DNA of 64,000 bases from positions 124,001-188,000 of the forward strand of contig NIVC01001992.1 in NCBI GenBank assembly GCA_002269645.1, in the 5' to 3' direction. The notes below the pieces were generated by a model. The model worked only from the letters and a program-made list of their open reading frames with translations. It made no database searches and was not told where the DNA came from. Each line of letters begins with the position of its first letter. Positions within the stretch are counted from its first letter, which is position 1. Below are positions 50,581 to 59,809 of this stretch, piece after piece. Source of the stretch: Macrostomum lignano. Taxonomy: Eukaryota. Position numbers and translations under genes: made by a program.

Positions 50581-51179
50581 AGCATTGCCATTTCAGTAAT
50601 TCTCCCCAAGAGTCATTATGACATTACAGCATTATAGCAATTCCCTCCAAGCCTTGACATCTTAGCGATTCCCAAATGAATCTCCTAACTTCGACATGAC
50701 TCTTCTTTTATATCTACTTTCATCTGTTTAAAATGACGCTTCTTCTATTAGCGCCCCTCGTGGGGAACCAACAAAGAATGTAATAAAAAAGTGAATAAAC
50801 TAGATGTAGCTTCTGAATTTTACCTAGACATCTCAGAAATCCCTCATAAGCATATTACGAGTACATCTCAGTTATTCCCCGTGAGCCTTAACATCTCAGT
50901 AATTCTCCTCAAGAGTCACAGCACAGTTTTACGTGACTCTTATTTTATTTTGACATGACGCTTCATTTGATTTTTACATAACGCTTCCTTTATGTTTTGC
51001 ATGACGTTTCTTTGTGTTTTACATGATGCTTCTATTATTTTTTACAAGACTTGAAAAAAAGCAAAAAGGCTTGACATCTCAAAACCCCCCCGTAAACCTT
51101 AAAATCTAAGAAATTCTTCCAAAGAGTCACAGCAGAGTTTACGGAAGGCTTCTTTTATTTTCAACATGAAGCTTTTTCA

Positions 51180-52390
51180 TTTTACATGACGCTTTTTAAG
51201 TTTTGAAATGACGCTCCTTTTGACATGACGCTTCTTTTTACATGATGCTTATTGATTTTTACATAATGCTTCTATTTTTTTTTACATTTTTACATTTTTT
51301 CATTTTTACATAAAGCTTATTTTCTTTTCTACATGACGCTTCTATGATTTTTACCTGACGCTTCTATGATTTTTACCTGAGGCTTCTATGATTTTATCAT
51401 GACGCTTCTATGATTTTTTACATGACGCTTCTATGATTTTTACCTGACGCTTCTATGATTTCTTACATGACGCTTCTATGATTTTTACCTGAGGCTTCTA
51501 TGATTTTATCATGACGCTTCTATGATTTTTACCTGACGCTTCTATGATTTTTACCTGACGCTTCTATGATTTCTTACATGACGCTTCTATGATTTTTACC
51601 TGACGCTTCTATGATTTTTACCTGACGCTTCTATGATTTTTACCTGACGCTTCTATGATTTTTACCTGACGCTTCTATGATTTTTACCTGAGGCTTCTAT
51701 GATTTTATCATGACGCTTCTATGATTTTTACATGACGCAACTATGATTTTTACATGACGCTTCTATGATTTCTTACATGACGCTTCTATGATCTTTACAT
51801 GACGCTTCTATGATTTCTTACATGACGCTTCTATGATTTTTACATGACGCTTCTATGATTTCTTACATGACGCTTCTATGATCTTTACATGACGCTTCTA
51901 TGATTTTTACATGATGCTACTATGATTTTTTCATGACGCTTTATGATTTTTACATGACGCTTATTTGATTTTATCATGACGCTTCTATGATTTTTACATG
52001 ACGCTTCTATGATTTCTTACATGACGCTTCTATGATCTTTACATGACGCTTCTATGATTTTTTACATGACGCTTCTATGATTTTTACATGACGCTTATTT
52101 GATTTTTACCTGAGGCTTATATGATTTTTACATGACGCAACTATGATTTTTACATGACGCTTCTATGATTTTTACATGACGCTTCTATGATTTCTTATAT
52201 GACGCTTCTATGATCTTTACATGACGCTTCTATGATTTTTTACATGACACTTCTATGATTGTTTACATGACGCTTCTATGATTTTTACATGACGCTTCTA
52301 TGATTTTTACATGACGCTTCTATGATTTTATATATGACGCTTCCATGATTGTTGACATGACGCTTCTATGATCGTTTACATGACGCTTCT
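51180..52390. repeat. 22-23-bp minisatellite TTTTACATGACGCTTCTATGAT, degenerate at the left, homogeneous from about 51340
   Basis: Seen directly. Confidence 0.95.
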
Positions 52391-52705
52391 TTCTTTTTTC
52401 GCTTTTATTAGTTATGTTTTGATATTAGAATACACATACAGGCGCAGTCCCAGGGCTTTTTGCCGAATTTTGCGGACACGTTTGTGGACAAGTCTGGCTT
52501 GAGTTTATGGTTTGACAGCCACTTTGACTTGTTATTTTCTTCTACCGAAAACCGATTAAAGGCTTTCAAACCCTTCGATAAAAGGTGCCATAAAAATTTA
52601 TGCGAATACTACATCTATATTTACTTGTATAGCTAAAGCAACTAGAACGTCAGAAGCTTCCCCTCACCATTCCCCTCTGAGGGATCATATAAACAAGTGC
52701 ATCTT

Positions 52706-54640
52706 ATCAGGGATAAGGAATTAGAAATCGTGGATTCGGATTCCAACATGAGGAATCAGGGATATGGAATTAGAAATCGTGGATTCGGATTCCAAAGTGA
52801 GGAATCAGGGATAGGGAATTAAGAATTGGGGATTCGGATTCCAACATTAGGAATCAGGGATAGGGAATTAGTGGAATGGGCGTGTAACCTCGTGGCTAAG
52901 CTACTGGTTTTCTTGCTAAGGATTCTTACTAGTGGATTTTACTTCCTACTGGTTGAGACTTTTTGGTAGTTCGCTGCCACCAGGTTCCTGCTGTTCCCTA
53001 ATTCTAGCTTTAGGTTTAAAAAACTGAGTCAGGACACCAATTTAGATTTAGTTAACACAAAAGTTTAATAATAAAAAAAACGGAAATGGTTATTTGATTG
53101 TACAAAAGTTTGTCTTTTCATTAGTTCCTATATTAAGTTTTCCTGTTGTGCGTTGGGCAAGACTCCCAGTTTATAGATTTAGAGGCAAGACTCCTCTGTG
53201 CAAGCCTAAATTATATTTCTTTTATTTATTTCCCCTTCTTACCGCTTCCTTGTGAATTTTCCAAGTTCGAGGATAGGAGAAGACACTCCAACACTTTCTT
53301 TCCCAAGAGCTAACTAACTAACTAACTAAATAAGTGCTCCGGCGCCTCAGCCATTGAAATAGGCTCTTACGCCACTAGACATAAATAAGTTTCCTACTAG
53401 GGAGTGTACTAATGTACACTAAAAGCCAGGTTAGACTATAGAGGACTGTACAGGGCTGTATCAAAAAAACCAAACCTCCCCGGGGGACAGTGACAGCGGA
53501 ACGACATACCAGTCAGGAAGCCCGTGCCCAAAAACCAGGTTAGATAGACCCAAGCCTATTAGGGATGGCCCGAAGGCCTAGAGCCGTGGCTACCATGCTG
53601 GGGCCGACCGCCCACCACCCCCGGGTACAAATCATAAACCTCCCCGAGGCTAGAGGGAGAAGAGTGAACCATTCAGGGGAGCCCGTGCCTTCTCCTGGGT
53701 TAGATAGGCCAAAACACCGGTCATAAGACCGCCCCCACGGCCGTGGCAACCCGAAGGAGCCTCCCCCCCCAACTAAACCCCGGGTACTCTTGCCAACAGA
53801 CAGTCTCTTATCTTTGAAGCGGCAGGAGGGCTAATCGCCGGGACTATTTCACCCTTTGCTTCGCCAACCCGCCATTTCTATTATGACCGTGCCAACGGTC
53901 TCGTCCTGCTCAGACTCAGTCCTGGTTCTGGCACACTCCAGCTTTAATAGGGTCGCTGGCTGTACGCTCAGAGGGCGCCTGAGGGATACAGTCAGAGCAC
54001 CTTGGTACAGGTATAGGCCTGCCTTCCTATACAGCTACCCACAGCCCCACCCGATCCACTATTACCCTCCAACCCAGCCTACTCACTCATTACAAGCTTT
54101 CAGCCAGGCAGAGACAAGTTTCACAGAAGTGACTGCGGTTAGGCGTCTCTATGCGAGACAAAACCAACACTTTCTTTCCCAAGAGCCCAACTGCTCTGTA
54201 GTTCTAAAGAAACCCCAATTTTATCTACTCACCCCCGCTCTAATTATTTCCCCGGGTTGAAACTACTGATAGTAGGGTAAAAGCATATTTGGACCCACAA
54301 AATTTCCCGTTCCTAAAATAATGCCCTACTACATTAGGAATTGGGGATTCGGATTCCAACATTAGGAATCAGGGATAGGGAATTAGGAATCGGGGATTGA
54401 GATTAAAAAATGAGCTTCTCACGGTTCTATGATAGCTGGCAGTCAAAACATTTAGAAAAAGGTGCCATAAGCTCCTCTCTGCCTTATGAATTATGATAGC
54501 CGACCCAATCTTTCAAGTTTCTCGCAAAAGGTGCCATATGCCCTATCAGGGAAAGGGAATCAAGAATCTTGGATTCGGATTCCAAACATGATCGAGGAAT
54601 CAGGGATAGGGAATTAAGAATCGGGGTTTGAGATTAAAAA
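52706..54640. repeat. About 49-bp repeat (GGGATAGGGAATTAGAAATCGTGGATTCGGATTCCAACATGAGGAATCA) split by a solo-LTR insertion
   Basis: Copies at 52706-52870 and 54334-54640. Confidence 0.8.
52872..54333. mobile_element. Probable solo LTR, 1462 bp, TG...CA, 4-bp TSD TTAG (Gypsy-like)
   Basis: TTAG at 52868-52871 and 54334-54337 flanks TGGAATGGG...CCCTACTACA. Removing the insert restores the host repeat unit GGGAATTAGGAATT. No coding ORF. Confidence 0.7.
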
Positions 54641-54912
54641 TGAGCTTTTCTCGGTTCTATGATTTCTGGCAGTCTTTCAAACATTAGACATTCAAACATC
54701 AAACATCAAATATTCTTTCAAACATTATTGCAATCGTTACTCTCTGAGTAAGGGGTGTTAGACGCGCCGGAGGGTGCCGCTGTACATATCGCTGTACTTT
54801 GGCGGGGGGTTGAGGTGTGGGGGTGTTGGCCGCGCCGGCCAGCTTAAAGCCTCTGCACCCGGCCCGGCTTGGCTCCGCCGCCATTTCTCAATTTTTTTGC
54901 TCAGCCGCCGTC

Positions 54913-55332
54913 ATGAGTGGCAGCCCAAAGCGACTAAACGTGCGCCAACTCAAGGCTGAGCTGCGAAACAGAGGCCTGCCTACTACGGGCCGCAAACAAC
55001 AGCTTGCCAAGCGCTTGTCTACTGCACTCGGTTTAGAGCAACCTGACGAAGACTTCAACAACTCCGAGATGACTTCTGCTCCGGACGCCGAAGACGGCAT
55101 CGGCAGCGCGGGCGAGGCGCCTCCGGGGGCGGGGAGCGACCGGCTGGCTGCGCTGCGGCAGGAGGTAGAGCTGCTCGAACTGAAAGTCCTGGTAGGCCGT
55201 CGTCGTGATCTTCAGCAACGGCTTCACACTCAGCAGCGCTTGACGGCTCAGCCCCAGCCAGCATCATCATCAGGTGAGCATATAACGCACATGCCAGTCT
55301 GCAGTTGCCCGAGGTTTTTGAATCTGGGATGA
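54913..55332 (+). CDS. Ngaro ORF1a: SAP-domain protein with coiled-coil
   Basis: ATG 54913 in good context; LNVRQLKAELRNRGLPTTGRKQQLAKRLSTAL fits the SAP consensus; internal donor CAG|GTGAGC at 55273/55274. Confidence 0.85.
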   Translation: MSGSPKRLNVRQLKAELRNRGLPTTGRKQQLAKRLSTALGLEQPDEDFNNSEMTSAPDAEDGIGSAGEAPPGAGSDRLAALRQEVELLELKVLVGRRRDLQQRLHTQQRLTAQPQPASSSGEHITHMPVCSCPRFLNLG

Positions 55333-56030
55333 GGGAGGCGGCTCAGCTTCAGGCCGCTAATTGCCAGGCTCCGACTCGCAAGTTGCATCTCGTCAGAGAC
55401 CACATCAAGCTAGCCAGAGGACCCGGCTCAGCCAGTCAGGAGCAGTTGGTCGCCACTATGGAGAATGGCTCGCTCACATTCAGAAAGCAGGAGCCGAAGC
55501 TGTCTAGTATCTCTGCTGGTCAGTGGATCGCGGCCAACTCGATCATCTTGCAAAAGCTGATCAAGGAAAAACTCCCGGCGGCTGCTGGAAGCACTGATGG
55601 TCTCCTGACTGACGTCCTTGGCTACCTTGACTACAATCGCAAGATTGGAGAGCTGCTGGCTGCTGACTACCCGGAATCCGTAATCTGGGAGTTTGACGAG
55701 GACTACCGGAGGCTGGTGGCGGAGTCGGGCATGGCGTGGGGTGAGGAGCCCCCTCAGTTGTACCACAAGCACCTCAACGCCCCCAGAAACCTGCGGTTCA
55801 CGTTCGCTAAGCAGACCAGCCAGCAGCAAATCCCGGCAGCAACCAGGCCGATCTGTCTGCGCTTCAACTCCGAGTCCGGGTGCACCCGCCAGAACTGCAA
55901 GTTCCGCCATGTCTGCAAAATCCAAGGCTGCCTGGCAGCGCATCCGGCTCACGCTCACACGCAGTCACCGCAGTCATTACTCACCGGACAGCTGCCGGGT
56001 CACGTGACCGGTGCGAGTGCAAAAAACTGA
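55329..56030 (+). CDS. Ngaro gag-like protein with C-terminal CCCH zinc finger and an extra C/H cluster
   Basis: WEFDEDYRRLVAESGMAWG motif typical of DIRS/Ngaro gag; CLRFNSESGCTRQNCKFRHVC..C...H. ATG 55329 overlaps the ORF1a stop. Confidence 0.85.
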   Translation: MREAAQLQAANCQAPTRKLHLVRDHIKLARGPGSASQEQLVATMENGSLTFRKQEPKLSSISAGQWIAANSIILQKLIKEKLPAAAGSTDGLLTDVLGYLDYNRKIGELLAADYPESVIWEFDEDYRRLVAESGMAWGEEPPQLYHKHLNAPRNLRFTFAKQTSQQQIPAATRPICLRFNSESGCTRQNCKFRHVCKIQGCLAAHPAHAHTQSPQSLLTGQLPGHVTGASAKN

Positions 56031-57889
56031 TGCCATTTTATCCAGCTGACTGCTCTGCTTTTAATTCCGATTTTTCTGCTTTTACTTCTTCGCTGCCCAT
56101 CTCGTCTGACCTGCAACCTGACGCCTGGAGTGCTCTGCTCAGCGACGACTCAGACCGCGACTTCCTGATGCAAGGCGTTGTCAACGGTTTCGCTCTCACC
56201 GATGCTGGCCAGCCACCTTTGACTTCGTCCAAGAACCACGCCTCCGCCCTGCTGCACCGCTCTGCTGTGGAAGCCCAGGTCGAGAAGGAGCTGCGCCTTG
56301 GGAGGTACATCCGGTGGAGCGGCCCGATCAAAATCAACCCCATCGGTGCCCTTCCCAAGTCCAACGGGCGGGTCCGCCTGATCCATGACCTGTCCTATCC
56401 GACCGGCCAGTCTGTCAACGACTGCTACGACCAACAGAAGCACATCAAGTACTGCACTGTCCAGCAGCTTGTTCGTCATCTCCATCCGGGATACTACATG
56501 GCCAAAATTGATCTCAAAAGCGCCTACAGGTCCGTGCCAATCAGGCCTGCTGACTACGGGCTCGTCGGCCTCGCCTGGCGGTTTGACTCAGACAGCCAGG
56601 ACAGTCTGCTCTGCGACACCAGGCTTCCATTCGGCGCCAAAGCTGCTTGCGAAGTTTTTCACCGTCTTTCAGCCGCCGTTACCCGGCACATGCACCGGCT
56701 TGGCTTTTCTGCTACGGTGAACTACCTGGATGACTGGGCAGTCGCTGGGAAATCCGAGTCCGAAGCTTTCGCTGCTTTCAGTTGCCTGCTGGACATCTTG
56801 CAGCGCCTCGGCTTTGCCATCAACTGGGACAAGGTTGTCAGGCCTACGCAATGCATCGACTTCCTTGGCGTGCGCATCAACACCGCTACCGGCACCAAGT
56901 CGCTGCCCGAGGAGAAAGCTCTCGAGACGACAAAGCTGCTGACTCAAACCTGCTCGGAGACTCGGGTGCACATGCGCTCTGCTCAGAAGCTGATTGGCAA
57001 GCTTGGCTGGTTCTGTCAGATTGTCCCTCATCTCAGAGTCTTCCTGCGTCCGCTCTTCGACTGGCTGACAACTGCTGTTGACTGCAAGCTTTGGGTGACC
57101 GATGAGACCCGCGCCAACCTGTCCTGGTGGCTCAGAGCCCTGGCTTGGCTCCCCCCGGTGTCTTTGTGGCCGCGCTTTGATGTGGAGTTTGCCATGGAGA
57201 CTGACAGCAGCCGGTCGGGAGCAGCCGCAGTCATCTGGGGTGCCGAGAGTTTCTGGAGTGTCATCGACTGGGAGCTGGACTGCGGTGGTGTGTTCAAGGA
57301 TGTGTGTTCAAGAGCCTTCAAGGAGGCTCTGGCACCTTTGCTGATCATCCTGCACCGTCGCTCTCAGCTAAAGAACTGCAAGATTGTCATCTACACCGAC
57401 AGCACCGCTGCGGCTGGCATGATCAATCGGCTGAGCTGTCGTGACCCGCGGTTCCTGCAGGTGTACCAGACTGTGGCTCTGCTGTGCATCAGGAACAGCA
57501 TCAGTTTGGAGGCCTTTCACCTTCCTGGTCGCATGCAGATTTTTGCTGATGCCGCCTCCCGCATGTTTGCCTCGCAGTCTGAGCTCATTAACTTTTGTTG
57601 CCGCTACTACCGTACGCTCGGGATCTGCCCGCTTGAGTTCGCGTCGCACGCGCTCTCTGCCGCTTCCCAATCTCGCTTCCTTTTGCAGGTCGCCCTCGCC
57701 CTCCGGAGACGCCGCCCGCCCCCCGCGCTGTGTCTGCCGGACACCTGTACCGCCTCTGCCTGGCGGAGAACTCCTGGCGATCCTACCTCAGCCAGCTGCG
57801 CTCCTGGGAAGCCTTCTGTGTTAGCGCAGGCCGCCCTTCATCTCCAGCTGACGGTGACCTGCTCTGCCGCTACATTGCGCACCTGGTGA
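56030..57889 (+). CDS. Ngaro reverse transcriptase / RNase H
   Basis: RLIHDLSYP, KIDLKSAYRSVPI, RLPFG, NYLDD, FLGV; RNase H residues METDSS, KEALA, YTDS, ADAASR. Uninterrupted frame, open from 55880; first ATG 56030. Confidence 0.95.
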   Translation: MPFYPADCSAFNSDFSAFTSSLPISSDLQPDAWSALLSDDSDRDFLMQGVVNGFALTDAGQPPLTSSKNHASALLHRSAVEAQVEKELRLGRYIRWSGPIKINPIGALPKSNGRVRLIHDLSYPTGQSVNDCYDQQKHIKYCTVQQLVRHLHPGYYMAKIDLKSAYRSVPIRPADYGLVGLAWRFDSDSQDSLLCDTRLPFGAKAACEVFHRLSAAVTRHMHRLGFSATVNYLDDWAVAGKSESEAFAAFSCLLDILQRLGFAINWDKVVRPTQCIDFLGVRINTATGTKSLPEEKALETTKLLTQTCSETRVHMRSAQKLIGKLGWFCQIVPHLRVFLRPLFDWLTTAVDCKLWVTDETRANLSWWLRALAWLPPVSLWPRFDVEFAMETDSSRSGAAAVIWGAESFWSVIDWELDCGGVFKDVCSRAFKEALAPLLIILHRRSQLKNCKIVIYTDSTAAAGMINRLSCRDPRFLQVYQTVALLCIRNSISLEAFHLPGRMQIFADAASRMFASQSELINFCCRYYRTLGICPLEFASHALSAASQSRFLLQVALALRRRRPPPALCLPDTCTASAWRRTPGDPTSASCAPGKPSVLAQAALHLQLTVTCSAATLRTW

Positions 57890-58263
57890 GCACCCGGCTC
57901 CGGTCTTTCTCTAGCCTGCCTAGCCTCCGGTCTCACCTGCACCTGTCACCAACCAGCGACCCAAGGGCGCCACTCTTTGGCTACGGCCTCAGAGGCGAGC
58001 TCTCAGCCAGCCAGTTCATCAGCTGTCTTCGTGCGTGTCTGGCTGCGTGCGGCCTCCCAGCTGCTGGTTTCTCCGGCCACAGCATCCGACGTGGGGGTGC
58101 CAGTTTCTGCCATCAAATCGGCTTGTCAGATACGGACGTTCGGGCTCTTGGGGGCTGGAGATCGGACGCTGTTCTCCGCTACTTTTCTGCCAGCTCTGCC
58201 CTGTCGCGCCGCCAGCGCTCTGCTTCTTTCATGGCTTCGCAGCTGCAGGCTGCGTCCACCTGA
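57689..58263 (+). CDS. Ngaro tyrosine recombinase, no in-frame upstream ATG and with an in-frame internal deletion
   Basis: N-terminal LAENSWRSYLSQLRSWEAFC...RYIAHL and C-terminal PLF...GHSIRRGG...LGGWRSDAVLRY (H-x-x-R, W, Y). The frame is closed upstream by TGA 57634-57636; strong acceptor TTCCTTTTGCAG| at 57688. Confidence 0.88.
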
Positions 58264-59313
58264 CTGCCTTCCCGCTTTTACTCCTTCCCTTCCCCATCAT
58301 TGGGGTTGGGATCCGCTTTCTCGGCCGCTGCCTGCTTTTCGCAACTGACTTTGTCTCGTTTGGCTCCTTCCGGCGTGTTTAATGCAATCGTTACTCTCTG
58401 AGTAAGGGGTGTTAAACGCGCCGGAGGGTGCCGCTGTACATATCGCTGTACTTTGGCGGGGGGTTGAGGTGTGGGGGTGTTGGCCGCGCCGGCCAGCTTA
58501 AAGCCTCTGCACCCGGCCCGGCTTGGCTCCGCCGCCATTTCTCAATTTTTTTATTTCCTTTTTACGAACCAATAAATATTAACTCGTTTAAACTAATAAA
58601 TAAACGCTTCGCTTGATCCACTGGGATCCGCTTTCTCGGCCGCTGCCTGCTTTTCGCAACTGACTTTGTCTCGTTTGGCTCCTTCCGGCGTGTTTAAATA
58701 TACTACACCTTGTGGGATTATACGCAGGTGCGGTTTTAGTTGGGGGGGGGGGTAAAAGCCTATTCAAAGGCTCAATAAACTTCATAATGAAGATTTCCGT
58801 CTGCGAAAACTCTGATTCCCGCCCTCATGCGCCACATCTCCCCCCCCCCCCTACTCCTGGAGGTTAGGGTGATGAAATATCAGAAGAGTGATGTACTGTA
58901 AAGGAGAGGATCGCGAGATAGGACAATAGGTAGAGATACAGAGAGGGGGGTAGGACGAGAGTAGCATGACTGAATGACCTGGAGGAAGGTGATAAAAAGC
59001 GATAAAAGCGATATGGGCGATTCTGTGTGGCAACACTAACAGTGCATCAAGTGAGTAAAAGATTAAGACAAAGGCATTACACAATTAAGTAGTAAAAGTA
59101 AATCATAACTCAATTATAATAACAAGGTAGTAACTTTGTATACACTCACAACATCGAAAAGTCGCCATCACAGAAGTCTGTGGTCGTCACTTTTGAAAGT
59201 GCAGGTAAAGTTTCTGAATCTTTGCGAGTGACGCAACTCAGCTACGCCACGCGGCAGACTTGAGTTGAGGAATGAAGTGGGGGAGCGGTGTGCGAGGGTT
59301 GAACGGATTAAAG

Positions 59314-59514
59314 CAGCGGTTCTCAACCTTTTTTCAGGCGACCCCAATTTATTCACTCGCATCATTTTTTAATGTTCGCAACCCCTTTTAAAATCAATAT
59401 ACATGTAATGCATTATTATGTATGACAAACTCACACATTTCTTCGTGCTGCGACCCCCAGAAAATGGTCACGCAACCCCACTGGGGGTCGCGACCCATAG
59501 TTTGAGAACCACTG
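59314..59514. mobile_element. hAT (Charlie-like) MITE, 201 bp
   Basis: TIRs CAGCGGTTCTCAA / TTGAGAACCACTG; perfect 8-bp TSD GATTAAAG at 59306-59313 and 59515-59522. Confidence 0.92.
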
Positions 59515-59809
59515 GATTAAAGCTACCCCGATTAGTTTATATCATATCTTTTATCTATATTTTTAAAATAGTCCAAGAGATATTACTCACTGGCGCATAG
59601 AGTGGTGACTTTTCAATGTTGCTGAGTAAAGATATTTAGTAGATCCTGAACTCTCAGCAAATAGTGATCTAGATGGAGTATACCTTATTGAAAAATAATC
59701 AATAACAAAACAATCAACAATAGCAAGTCCAAAAAAGACACTTTTGATTTTTATAGTGCCAAATAGATATAAATCTGCGCTGATCCCCGAAGCCATGCCT
59801 TAAAGCCCA

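Larger units (their letters stand above)
54729..58697 (+). mobile_element. Ngaro-type (DIRS order) tyrosine-recombinase retrotransposon with split direct repeats A1-ORFs-B1-A2-B2
   Basis: A1 54729-54898 and A2 58383-58552 (170 bp, one internal mismatch seen); B1 58307-58382 and B2 58622-58697 (76 bp, identical). Gag-like, RT/RNase H and YR ORFs; no TSD; no methyltransferase motif seen (which favours Ngaro over DIRS1/PAT). Confidence 0.93.

Noticed and set aside
55274-55304. 31-nt mini-intron joining SAP ORF to gag
   Set aside because: Donor is phase 1 and this acceptor is phase 0, so splicing would be out of frame; the intron is also very short.
55325-55329. TGGGA as a TURBS motif for reinitiation
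   Set aside because: Directly adjacent to the stop/start rather than tens of bases upstream; none seen before the gag-RT overlap.
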